64,000 bases of DNA from Acidimicrobiia bacterium (GTDB lineage Bacteria; Actinomycetota; Acidimicrobiia; IMCC26256; JBBRZM01), in assembly GCA_038236695.1 (NCBI GenBank), contig JBBRZM010000001.1, forward strand, positions 14,177 through 78,176, read 5' to 3'. The translations under genes and the position numbers were made by a program. The stretch's first letter is position 1. The number at the start of each line of letters is the position of its first letter. The notes below the pieces were generated by a model. It searched no databases and was not told the DNA's origin. It saw only the letters and a program-made list of their open reading frames with translations. Below are positions 30,032-38,876 of the stretch, piece after piece.

Positions 30032-32032
30032 TCAGAGCGTGACCGCAGCGCCGCGCGCAATTCCCCAGTTCGACCAGTACGGCGCGTCGTTGACCATGAA
30101 CGCCGGCTGGTTGTTTCCGATCGAGAATGGGTGCAGCCCCCCGAACGCGTCGAGCGTGTAGCCGCCCGTGCCGTCGGGCAGGATCACTACCGCGCGCGCG
30201 ATGTCCCAACCCTGCCAGTACGGCGCGCCGTGGGTCGCAGGCGGGGCCGGACCGTTGCCGCCGTTTCCGATCTTGAACGCGTGGAGGCCGCCCCAGCCGT
30301 CGAGCACGTAGCCGCCCGTCCCGTTGGGAAGCACTGCGATGCCGCGTGCGATGTCCCAGCCTTGCCAGTACGGCGCGCCGGACGTCGCGGGTGGGTCGGA
30401 GCCGCCCGCGACGCGGAAGGTGTGCAGCCCGCCCCAGCCGTCGAGCGTGTACCCACCCTGCGAGCCCGGGTTCGCGTTCGGCACCACCGCAATGCTGCGC
30501 GCGATGTCCCAGCCTTGCCAGTACGCCGCGCCGCTCGTGTCGGGGGGAGTTGACCCGAAGCTGCCGATCCGAAACTTGTGCAGTCCACCCCAGCCGTCGA
30601 GCGTGTAGCCGCCGGCCTGGCGTGAGATCACGCTGACACCACGGGCGATATCCCAGCCGGGCCACGTCGTGAGGTCGCGAGGATCGGCCGGCGCGAGGTT
30701 GCAGCCGACCGCGAACGAGTGCAGCACGCCCCAGCCGTCGAGCGTGTACCCGCCGGGGCTGTCGGGGAGGTCCGCGCCTCCGGGTTGATACGGGCCCATC
30801 GTCTGACCCAGCGCCGCTTGCACCGCCCGTTGCGGATTGAGGAGCGGTGCGTTGCTCAACGATGCGCCGATCGGCTGGGCAGCGTCGTCAAGCGTCGTGT
30901 ACACCGCGTTCGGTGCTGCGCCTGCTGCCCGCGTGAGTGCTGCGGCGGCCGCGACCAGCGGGGACGACAGCGACGTGCCCGACTCCGCGAGATAGCCTCC
31001 GCTTGCGTGCGCGCCGCAAATCTGCACGCCCGGCGCCGACAAGCCCTTGCCGCTCAGCCAGTTGCCGTAGTTCGAGAACCACGACCGGCTGTCGTCGGGG
31101 TTCGTCGACGTGGCTGCGATCACGCCGATGTCGTTCGCGGGATACACCGGGTCGGTCGCGAATCCCGTGTCACCGTTGTTGCCGGCCGCCGCGACCACAG
31201 TGATGCCGGCATTGATCGCCGCGGCCACGGCGCCGCTGATCATCGACGACGGCTCGTCGGGGCCACCGGAGAGCGACAGGTTGATCACCCGGGCGCCATG
31301 CGAGACCGCGTAGTAGATCGCGGCGCTGATCGAGAAGTTGCTGCCGAGTCCGTCGGCGTCCATCGCGCGCACGGAAAGAATGGGCGCGCCGGTCGCGGCG
31401 CCGGCGATGCCGAGCGCATTACCGGTGGTCGAGCCGATGACGCTCGACACGAGCGTGCCGTGACCGTTCGGGTCCGTCAGGCCATATGCGCCACCCGACA
31501 GGCATGAACCCGACAGACAGTCGGCGCCGACGCCGATCACGCGACCCACGAGATCCTCATGGGCCGCGTTCACGCCCGTGTCGACGACCGCAACGATTTG
31601 TTGTGCGAGCGCCGACGGATTGACGAGCGCGCTCGCAGCGCCGAACGACACGCGATCGAGCGCCCACTGCTGGGGCCGATACGGGTCGGGACCCGCCAAC
31701 ACGTGCATCCGGACCTTCGGCTCGGCCGCGGTGACGCCCGGCGTGCGTCGCAGCTGCGCGACCAGGGCGTCGGCGTCACCCACCGACGGAGCGCGGAACT
31801 GCTCGACTTTGACCTCGGTACCCACGCGTACCGTCGCCCCGACGTCGACCGAGCCGTCGGCGTTCGCGGTGCTTCGTGTCGTCGGAGGCACCACCGGGTG
31901 CGGGCGCGGCGCGGGAGTCGCGACGGACAGTGAAGATGTCCGGGCTGCCACCGGCCCTGCGAACCCGACACAAGCGACAAGCACCGCGGTGAGCGTGAGC
32001 AGGTGTGGTCGCCGCACACGCACCTGACGCAT
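30032..32032 (-). CDS. secreted S8 (subtilisin-like) serine peptidase with C-terminal 5x repeat domain
   Basis: Signal peptide. Catalytic triad contexts VVDTGV (Asp), HGTLVSS (His) and SGTSLSSP (Ser). The C-terminal 240 aa consist of GGYTLDGWGGLH.F...YWQGWDIAR repeats. Confidence 0.85.
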   Translation of the reverse strand: MRQVRVRRPHLLTLTAVLVACVGFAGPVAARTSSLSVATPAPRPHPVVPPTTRSTANADGSVDVGATVRVGTEVKVEQFRAPSVGDADALVAQLRRTPGVTAAEPKVRMHVLAGPDPYRPQQWALDRVSFGAASALVNPSALAQQIVAVVDTGVNAAHEDLVGRVIGVGADCLSGSCLSGGAYGLTDPNGHGTLVSSVIGSTTGNALGIAGAATGAPILSVRAMDADGLGSNFSISAAIYYAVSHGARVINLSLSGGPDEPSSMISGAVAAAINAGITVVAAAGNNGDTGFATDPVYPANDIGVIAATSTNPDDSRSWFSNYGNWLSGKGLSAPGVQICGAHASGGYLAESGTSLSSPLVAAAAALTRAAGAAPNAVYTTLDDAAQPIGASLSNAPLLNPQRAVQAALGQTMGPYQPGGADLPDSPGGYTLDGWGVLHSFAVGCNLAPADPRDLTTWPGWDIARGVSVISRQAGGYTLDGWGGLHKFRIGSFGSTPPDTSGAAYWQGWDIARSIAVVPNANPGSQGGYTLDGWGGLHTFRVAGGSDPPATSGAPYWQGWDIARGIAVLPNGTGGYVLDGWGGLHAFKIGNGGNGPAPPATHGAPYWQGWDIARAVVILPDGTGGYTLDAFGGLHPFSIGNNQPAFMVNDAPYWSNWGIARGAAVTL
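30035..30754 (-). repeat. five tandem ~45-52-aa coding repeats (GGY.LDGWGGLH.F / YW.GWDIAR)
   Basis: The repeats start at residues 427, 474, 527, 573 and 623 of the S8 peptidase. Confidence 0.75.
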
Positions 32033-32126
32033 CCCCGGGCCTCCACGGAGCGCGTTCGGCGCCCACTAATGGTGGTTACTCAGGCAATCGTAGAGGCTTT
32101 CGAGAGCCGGCCGGTGACGGTCCGGG

Positions 32127-32588
32127 TCAGCCCGTCTGGTGCTCGTGGAGATCCACGAGTACCTCGGCGGGATGCACCGGGATATCGGCGACCTCGTAGA
32201 CCTTCGCGATCCGGCCCTCAGGATCGATGAGAAAGCTCAGCCGCTTGGCGAAATGCACTTTGTCGGTGCCGGGCGCGCGCGTGCCGTACGCCACGCCGAC
32301 CTGCTCGTCCGTGTCACAGAGGAGCTTGAACGGGAAATCGAACTTCTCGCGGAACGCGCGGTTCTCCTCGGGCGTGTCGAATGAGATTCCGAGAATCTCA
32401 CAGTTCATCGCCTCGTAGTCGGCGGCCTGATCACGCAGGCCCTTCCCCTCGATCGTTCAGCCAGGGGTGTCGGCCTTCGGGTACCACCAGAGCAGCACCC
32501 AGCGGCCGCGGTAGTCGTGCAGCGAGGTCGGCACGCCGTCGTGAGCGAGGAGCGTGAAGTCGGGAGCTTGATCACCGGGTTGCAGCAT
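32127..32588 (-). CDS. bcp: Bcp/PrxQ-type peroxiredoxin with in-frame TGA at the peroxidatic Cys position (candidate selenoprotein; alternatively a nonsense pseudogene)
   Basis: ATG 32588 through TGA at 32459..32457 to the stop at 32127 gives 153 codons in one frame: ...WWYPKADTPG[TGA]TIEGKGLRDQ... This aligns with E. coli Bcp FYPKAMTPGCTVQACGLRD. There are no other lesions. Confidence 0.6.
32424..32441 (-). promoter_or_regulatory. candidate bacterial SECIS hairpin
   Basis: On the mRNA strand: GGCCUG-CGUGAU-CAGGCC (6-bp GC-rich stem, 6-nt loop with G at loop position 2). The stem starts 15 nt after the UGA and the loop starts 21 nt after it. Confidence 0.4.
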
Positions 32589-32618
32589 TACGTCAAACCT
32601 TCCCGTCGGCGACCGCGA

Positions 32619-34439
32619 CTAAACGGCGGCTGGCCGCGGTGTGGTGTTCTCGCTCGACGGCGACGGCGATGGCGACGGAGCCGGCACGGGCTCTGGCGAC
32701 CGCGATGGCGACGGAGCCGGCACGGGCTCTGGCGCCGGCGCTGCCGCCGGCAATGTGAACCAGAAGGTCGCGCCGCGACCGGGCTCGCTTGCCACCCAGA
32801 TCCGACCGCCGTGCGCCTCGACAAACCGCCGGGTGATTGAGAGTCCGATGCCGGTACCGCGGCGCGAGAGCGTCGCCTCCGGCGCTTGAAAGAACGCCTC
32901 GAACACACGCTCGTGGTCGCTGGGTGCGATTCCGATCCCCTCGTCAGCAACGCAGACGAGCACCTCTTCGGGGCGCGACACCGCCTTGAGGCGAATGGTC
33001 GACGCTCGAGGCGAGAACTTCACCGCGTTGGTGAGCAGGTTGGTGAGGATGCGGCGGAGCGCGGCGAGGTCGGCGTCGACGCGCAAGGCCGGATCGACAT
33101 CGATCTCCAACGCGTGACCCGCCAGCACCGGCGCGAGATCGGTGACCGCGTCGTCGATGCATTGGGCGAGCGAGCACGGCCGCAGGTCGATCTTCACGCG
33201 ATCGGCATCGATCCTCGCGAAGTCGAGCAACTGGTCGATCAGCCGGGCGAGTTCATCCTGGTTATGGGAGGCGCGCCCCAGGAGCTCGCGCCGTTTCTCG
33301 TCATCGAGCTTGTCCCAGTGGTTGAGCACAGTGCCGATGAAACCCTTCGAGGCGGTGAGCGGTGTCCGCAACTCATGCGACACGAGGGCGAAGAACTCGG
33401 CGCGCAGGCGTGCGATCTCTTGGAGCTGCTCTGCCGCTCGACGCTCTTGCTCGTAGGCCTGCGCGCGGGCGATCACCAGCGAGCACTGGTCGGCATAGCT
33501 CTCGAGCAGAAAACGCTCTTGATCGTCGAGTGCTCCCCGCCAGCGGTAACACGTGACGAGCGCGCCGATTGTCTCGTCACCCACGTGCAACGGCACAGTC
33601 ACGAGCGAATGCAGGCCACGCCTCGCGAGCGCGGCACCCAATCCCGCCCGCCAGCGCGGAAAACGTTGCTCGCGCTCGACATCCTCGATCATGACGGTCT
33701 CGCCCGTCGCCATCGCCAGCGACGTCGGCCCGTCGTTCTTGGTGTAATTGGCGTCGCGACCGGACCCGGCAGGTTGCTTTGAGCCGTGCTCGCCATGTGC
33801 CGCCGCGAGGGTGAACCCTTCCCCGCCCGGCAGCAGGATCGCGGCTTCGCTCGCTCCGATCGCGTCGTGCACCGAGCGCACGATCGACTCGAGCGTGGCG
33901 TCAAGGTCGGGTGTGGACGACACCGACCGCAGCGCATCGTACAACCGCTCGAAATGCGCGATCGAGTGGCGGCGCTCGCGCGTGAGCCAGTCGATGAGCA
34001 GTGCGAGCGACGCGAGGTACGGGAACATCATGATGATGATGTAGAGCGGCAGCCGCTGGTGCGGCGCGACACTCCACTGCGCGAGCGCAGCCGACACACT
34101 GCCCGCGGCCGAGAGCAGCAGCCCCGCCCGAATTCCCGAGAGCGGCGTGCGGAAAACAACAGCAAGGGCGAGCGTGAACAGCGCGGGAATGAACAAGCCC
34201 GGGATGAGCACCACGGCGCTGTACAACATGACGACGCCGGCCACGGAGTCGATCGTGTACGCCAGCGTCAGCGACTTGCGACCGATTACCAGATCAGCCA
34301 GCGTCGTGAACAGCGTGTAGCCGCCGACGAGGACCGCTGTTTCGAGCCGGGCACCGCGCGGGAAACCCGGCACGAGCGGCGTGATCACCGCGAACAAGAC
34401 CCCGAGCGCGATGCGGAGTTGGATGGAGCGCCGGTGCAC
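32619..34439 (-). CDS. membrane-bound GAF-domain sensor histidine kinase (no adjacent response regulator)
   Basis: About 5-6 N-terminal TM segments, a GAF domain, H-box FFALVSHELRTPL, an HATPase_c domain, and a Pro/Ser/Ala-rich C-terminal tail. Start set at GTG 34439 because the ORF extension to 34634 overlaps tRNA-Leu. Confidence 0.8.
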   Translation of the reverse strand: MHRRSIQLRIALGVLFAVITPLVPGFPRGARLETAVLVGGYTLFTTLADLVIGRKSLTLAYTIDSVAGVVMLYSAVVLIPGLFIPALFTLALAVVFRTPLSGIRAGLLLSAAGSVSAALAQWSVAPHQRLPLYIIIMMFPYLASLALLIDWLTRERRHSIAHFERLYDALRSVSSTPDLDATLESIVRSVHDAIGASEAAILLPGGEGFTLAAAHGEHGSKQPAGSGRDANYTKNDGPTSLAMATGETVMIEDVEREQRFPRWRAGLGAALARRGLHSLVTVPLHVGDETIGALVTCYRWRGALDDQERFLLESYADQCSLVIARAQAYEQERRAAEQLQEIARLRAEFFALVSHELRTPLTASKGFIGTVLNHWDKLDDEKRRELLGRASHNQDELARLIDQLLDFARIDADRVKIDLRPCSLAQCIDDAVTDLAPVLAGHALEIDVDPALRVDADLAALRRILTNLLTNAVKFSPRASTIRLKAVSRPEEVLVCVADEGIGIAPSDHERVFEAFFQAPEATLSRRGTGIGLSITRRFVEAHGGRIWVASEPGRGATFWFTLPAAAPAPEPVPAPSPSRSPEPVPAPSPSPSPSSENTTPRPAAV

Positions 34440-34542
34440 TCGACTGCGGGCGGGCCCCCAGGTGGGATCGCTGGACGCGCTGAACGCGCGAACCGTCCGC
34501 TGGCGAAGGGAAGCGGCGAGATCCCGATAGCGTGGTCGAGTC

Positions 34543-34624
34543 GCGAGCGTGGCGGAACTGGCAGACGCGCCGGGTTTAGGTCCCGGTGTCTTCGGACGTG
34601 GGGGTTCGAGTCCCTCCGCTCGCA
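34543..34624 (+). tRNA. tRNA-Leu (anticodon TAG)
   Basis: GCGAGCG..CCGGG-TTTAGGT-CCCGG, long variable arm TGTCTTCGGACGT, T-arm GGGGG-TTCGAGT-CCCTC, CGCTCGC-A. Confidence 0.9.
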
Positions 34625-34853
34625 CTGGATCCATAACCCCCTCATGACCTGCTGGTACCCCGGCTTATTGACCCACCGCATGCTGTTTGAAGTTGACCAT
34701 GGCGCCAACGATCAAGGTTCAACGTGCCCGCATTCGTAGCCTCCGCTGGGGTCTGAGTAGATACTGCGTATAAAGTACCCTAAAACGGGCGGCTCGTAGA
34801 ACGGGCGCGGAGCAGTAGGTGGAACCGCGACGATCGCGAGCGTGGGGGAAGCC

Positions 34854-35195
34854 TTACTTCCGCTTCTTGTTCCGCTTCCGGCGCTTCAACAGGCCCTTCT
34901 TCCGCGGCTCGAAGTCGGCCAGGATCTCGGGCGCGGCGGTGTTGACGATGTCTTCGGCTTCATCGAGCAGTGCCGCCACGTCGACGCCGCCGGGCTCCGG
35001 CTCGGGCGGCTGGCCCGACACACCGAGGCTGCCGTACTGCCAGCCGGCGTCCATGCGCCGCTTGGCGAATGCGGGGCAGTCTTCGGGACAACGCCACGGC
35101 GCCTCCGGCGCGAGATCGAGCCGGCACTTGCGCACGATCTCGCCCGACGGGTATGTACGGCTGTCGTAGTGCTTGCAGTCGATCCGCATGGGCAT
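34854..35195 (-). CDS. small conserved Cys-containing hypothetical protein with Lys/Arg tail
   Basis: MPMRIDCKHYDSRTYPSGEIVRKCRLDLAPEAPWRCPEDCPAF... contains four Cys and ends in KKGLLKRRKRNKKRK. Start taken at ATG 35195. Confidence 0.55.
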   Translation of the reverse strand: MPMRIDCKHYDSRTYPSGEIVRKCRLDLAPEAPWRCPEDCPAFAKRRMDAGWQYGSLGVSGQPPEPEPGGVDVAALLDEAEDIVNTAAPEILADFEPRKKGLLKRRKRNKKRK

Positions 35196-35275
35196 ACACC
35201 CATTGTTGCGCACCGACCGCAGTTCCCCAACGTCGGCCGGGCACGCGGCGCCAACGAGGGGGATGGGCAGGCCAG

Positions 35276-35836
35276 CTAGCCGAGCCAGTCGGTCGCGGCC
35301 GCGAGCAGGTAGCGGCTGACCGCGAGGCACTGCTCGAGCACCTCACACGAGACCGCGTCGCCGTCACGAATATGCAGGAGCGACACTCGCTGGTGGGCAA
35401 CGACTCGCAGGCTGCGCTCCGGTGCGTCGGTGACGGCCGGGATCGAGTCGATCGCCGACGTCTCGAGCGGGAGGTCGGGTCCGCCGAGTCCGGCCAGCTC
35501 GGTCGCCAGCACGAGCAGATCAGGACCCTGTGCCAGGGGCGGCAGCGCCCACGTGAAATTGAGCGGGAAGAAGAACTCGTCGGGAATGTCTTCGGCGTCG
35601 GGCGGCACGGCGATCACCACGTCTTCGAAGCCGAGCAGCACGCGCGGATCGATCTCGAGCGACAGGTACAGGTCGACGGGGCCTTCGCATCCTTCCTCGG
35701 GGTGCAGGTCGACTTCCCAGGTTTGACGCAGTGAGTAGCTCTCGACGAAGTGACGCTCGTCGTGCACGTGAAAGCCATGCTCGACGGCATGATCCTTGAG
35801 ATCGGCGACGAAACCGGCGATGTCGATGACGGCCAT
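35276..35836 (-). CDS. acidic hypothetical protein
   Basis: 186-aa ORF with protein-like composition. It starts 3 nt after the stop codon of the upstream esterase gene. No recognisable motif. Confidence 0.5.
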   Translation of the reverse strand: MAVIDIAGFVADLKDHAVEHGFHVHDERHFVESYSLRQTWEVDLHPEEGCEGPVDLYLSLEIDPRVLLGFEDVVIAVPPDAEDIPDEFFFPLNFTWALPPLAQGPDLLVLATELAGLGGPDLPLETSAIDSIPAVTDAPERSLRVVAHQRVSLLHIRDGDAVSCEVLEQCLAVSRYLLAAATDWLG

Positions 35837-35839
35837 TGC

Positions 35840-36781
35840 TCACGCCCCCCGGAACGCGCGACGCAGCGCGGCGGCGACTTGCTCGAACAGTTGCTCCGCC
35901 GGCTCGAGCATCTGTTGTAATCCGAAAAAGCCGTGGAACACGCCGGGGTACTCGGTGTGCTCGACCGCGACACCCGCGTCGCGCAAGCGCACGGCATACG
36001 CGTTGCCCTGGTCGCGCAACGGGTCGTACTCCGCAGTTACGACCAGCGCGGAAGCGACTCCCGCGTGGTCAGCCGCGCGCATGGGTGATACCCGCCAGTC
36101 GTTCCCTTCAGCCGCGCTGGTGATGTACTGGCGAAAGAACCAGCGCATGCGTTCGGTCTCGAGCAGGTAGCCAGTCGCGTTCTCGATCATCGATGGACTC
36201 GTGAACTCCTCGTCGACAACGGGATAGAGCAGTACCTGCAGTGCGAGGTCGGGCTGACCTTCGTCACGCGCCATCAACGCGATCACGGCCGCGAGATTGC
36301 CACCGGAACTGTCGCCCATGACGGCCACGCGCCGGGGGTCGCCGCCCAGCTCCGCGGCGTGGGCCACAACCCATCTCGTTGCCGTCCACGCGTCGTCGAA
36401 CGCGGCGGGAAACCGGTGCTCGGGCGCCAACCGATATTCGACCGACACCACGATCGCGCCGGTGCCATTGGCGACGGGGCGCAGGATGCCGTCGTAGTCG
36501 CCGATGCTGCCGAGCACCCACCCGCCGCCGTGCAGATAGACGATGACCGGGAGCGAGGGCTCGTCGCTCGGGCGGTAGACACGGATCGCGATGTCACCGC
36601 CGGTACCGGGGATGCTGCGGTTCTCGACGTGGTGTATCGGCTCCGGAGCGGCGCCGCCGATGATGGTGAGGAACATGCCCCACTGGGCGCGCAGCTCTTC
36701 CACCGGTGGGTCGGGATCTTGCAAGCCGCTGACGGCGGCAGCGAGGTCGATGATGCGCTTGGCCTCCGGGTGCAACGGCAT
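35840..36781 (-). CDS. alpha/beta hydrolase, hormone-sensitive-lipase-type esterase
   Basis: HGGGW oxyanion motif and GDSSGG nucleophile elbow. ATG 36781 overlaps the rdgB stop (ATGA). The ORF extension to 37219 is rejected. Confidence 0.85.
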   Translation of the reverse strand: MPLHPEAKRIIDLAAAVSGLQDPDPPVEELRAQWGMFLTIIGGAAPEPIHHVENRSIPGTGGDIAIRVYRPSDEPSLPVIVYLHGGGWVLGSIGDYDGILRPVANGTGAIVVSVEYRLAPEHRFPAAFDDAWTATRWVVAHAAELGGDPRRVAVMGDSSGGNLAAVIALMARDEGQPDLALQVLLYPVVDEEFTSPSMIENATGYLLETERMRWFFRQYITSAAEGNDWRVSPMRAADHAGVASALVVTAEYDPLRDQGNAYAVRLRDAGVAVEHTEYPGVFHGFFGLQQMLEPAEQLFEQVAAALRRAFRGA

Positions 36782-37392
36782 CACGCCCGCTCCGCGTCGA
36801 GCACCGCTCGCACGCCGCGCGCGAGAGTGCGGAACGCGCGCCCGCGATGCGAGAGCGCGTGCTTCTCCGGCGGGGCCATTTCGGCGAAAGTGCGGCCGTC
36901 GCCCTCGAGCGGCACGAACACGGGGTCGTACCCAAAGCCCTGCTGCCCACGGGGCGCGTCGGTGATCACACCCTCGACAGTGCCGAGCGCGGCGACCTCG
37001 CGCCCGTCGGGCCACCGAGCGATCGCAACCGTCGAGAAACGCGCGGCGCGGCGTTCGAGCGGCAGGCCCGCGAGCTCGCGCAAAAGCTTGGCGACATTGT
37101 CGGCGTAGGAGGCCAAGGCGCCCGCGTAGCGCGCGGAGCGGACGCCGGGCCGGCCGTCGAGGGCCTCGACTTCGAGACCGGTGTCGTCGGCGATCGCCGG
37201 CTGCTGCACGGCTGCACACAGGGCGACGGCCTTCAACCGCGCGTTGTCTTCGAGCGTGGCGCCGGTCTCGTCCACCTCTTCCACGTCATCGGGCCGCGGC
37301 GCGATCTCGACATCGGTCTGTGCTTCGCGCAGCACGTCGATGATCTCGCGCGCCTTGTCGGGGTTGGCGCTCGCCAAGACGAAGCGCGTCAC
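36781..37392 (-). CDS. rdgB: non-canonical purine NTP pyrophosphatase (RdgB/HAM1)
   Basis: Ham1 family: [29 protein letters not shown]. Confidence 0.9.
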   Translation of the reverse strand: MTRFVLASANPDKAREIIDVLREAQTDVEIAPRPDDVEEVDETGATLEDNARLKAVALCAAVQQPAIADDTGLEVEALDGRPGVRSARYAGALASYADNVAKLLRELAGLPLERRAARFSTVAIARWPDGREVAALGTVEGVITDAPRGQQGFGYDPVFVPLEGDGRTFAEMAPPEKHALSHRGRAFRTLARGVRAVLDAERA

Positions 37393-38132
37393 GAGCGACG
37401 CGGCTCGGGCGGCTCGGCCAACGTGCGCCGCTGCACGTCGAAGATCTCGCCGATGCCTTTGTCGGCCAGCGTGAGCAGGGTGTCGAGCTCGCCGCGTGAG
37501 AACGGCACGCCCTCGGCCGTTCCCTGCACTTCCACGAAGCCGCCCGATCCGGTCATCACGACGTTCATGTCGACGTCGGCGCGGACGTCTTCGGAGTAGT
37601 CGAGATCAAGGTGCGCCAGCGCGTCGACGATGCCGACGGAGATCGCACCGCACTGGTCGGTCATCGGATGCGCGGGGAGGGTGCGCGCCGCGACCAGGCG
37701 CGTGCACGCGTCATGCAACGCGACGTAGCCCCCGCAGATCGACGCGGTGCGGGTGCCGCCGTCGGCCTGCAACACGTCACAGTCGACCGTGATCTGGACC
37801 TCGCTCATCATGGTGAGGTCGGTGACGGCGCGAAGCGAGCGACCGATCAGCCGCTGGATCTCCTGCGTGCGGCCCGACTGCTTGCCCTTGGCCGCTTCGC
37901 GCCCGGCTCGTTCGGCGGTCGAGCCGGGAAGCATGGAGTACTCCGCCGTCACCCAGCCCTTGCCGCTGCCGCGCAACCACGGTGGAATGCGCTCCTCGAC
38001 CGAAGCCGTGCACAGCACGCGGGTGCGACCGAAATCGACCAGCACCGAACCGGCAGCAAACTCGGTGAAATCACGGGTGAACAGCACCGGTCGAAGCTCG
38101 TCGGGCTCACGCCCGTCCTTGCGGATCCCCAT
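37389..38132 (-). CDS. rph: ribonuclease PH
   Basis: 247 aa: RPDGR-like N-terminus, [20 protein letters not shown]. Confidence 0.95.
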   Translation of the reverse strand: MGIRKDGREPDELRPVLFTRDFTEFAAGSVLVDFGRTRVLCTASVEERIPPWLRGSGKGWVTAEYSMLPGSTAERAGREAAKGKQSGRTQEIQRLIGRSLRAVTDLTMMSEVQITVDCDVLQADGGTRTASICGGYVALHDACTRLVAARTLPAHPMTDQCGAISVGIVDALAHLDLDYSEDVRADVDMNVVMTGSGGFVEVQGTAEGVPFSRGELDTLLTLADKGIGEIFDVQRRTLAEPPEPRRS

Positions 38133-38140
38133 GGTGCTCC

Positions 38141-38869
38141 TCAGACTCGAGTGACGAGGTGCGGCGCGGCGAGTGTCACCGGCTCGCCGAACGCGTCCGA
38201 TCCTTCCTCGACGGAGGCGACCGGGTCGAGCCGCGGCCAGAGATGCGTGAGCATCAAGCGGCGCGCGCCCGCCTCACGGGCCGCCGTGCCGGCTTCGTGG
38301 GCCGAGAGGTGCAGCGGCGCGGATTTCGTCGCGTGTTGGTACGTGGCTTCCGAGAGCACGAGGTCGGCATTGCGGTCGAAGGCGCCGACTGTCCAGTTGG
38401 GGCCGGTGTCGGCGGTGTAGAGCAGCCGCTTGTCGTCGCCGGTCATCTCGACCGCGTACGTGGGCGGCGGGTGATCGGTGCGCGAGAAGCGCAGCGCGAG
38501 ATCGCCGATCGTGACGCGGTCGTTGTCGCCGACGACGTTCCAGTCGAACGTGCCCCCCCAGTCGCCGACGAGCGCGCCGAGCCGCGTTTCGAGGCCTTCG
38601 GGCGCGAACACGGGCAAGCCGGTGCGCTCGAGGCCGTAGCGCATGAGGACGTGCAAGCCGTAGATGTCGACGCAGTGATCGGGGTGCTCGTGGGTGAGTA
38701 CAACGGCGGTGAGATCGTCGATCGGAAGATGCTGTTGCAGGTTGGGGAACGTACCGTTGCCGCAGTCGAGCCAGATCGTGCTGCCTCCAGCGCGCACCAG
38801 ATAGCCACTGCACGCACCGCCGGCCGGTGCGCCGTACGAGCCGGAGCAGCCGAGCACGATGAGGTCCAT
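38141..38869 (-). CDS. MBL-fold metallo-hydrolase
   Basis: HxHxDH motif ([11 protein letters not shown]). Its position between murI and rph matches mycobacterial Rv1339. Confidence 0.8.
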   Translation of the reverse strand: MDLIVLGCSGSYGAPAGGACSGYLVRAGGSTIWLDCGNGTFPNLQQHLPIDDLTAVVLTHEHPDHCVDIYGLHVLMRYGLERTGLPVFAPEGLETRLGALVGDWGGTFDWNVVGDNDRVTIGDLALRFSRTDHPPPTYAVEMTGDDKRLLYTADTGPNWTVGAFDRNADLVLSEATYQHATKSAPLHLSAHEAGTAAREAGARRLMLTHLWPRLDPVASVEEGSDAFGEPVTLAAPHLVTRV

Positions 38870-38876
38870 CAGCGCG

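Noticed and set aside
34440-34634. N-terminal extension of the histidine kinase ORF
   Set aside because: It runs across tRNA-Leu (34543..34624) on the opposite strand and encodes no TM or domain sequence. The start was moved to GTG 34439.
36782-37219. 146-aa N-terminal extension of the esterase ORF
   Set aside because: It overlaps rdgB in another frame and is Arg-rich. The ATG at 36781 overlapping the rdgB stop gives a normal HSL-family esterase.
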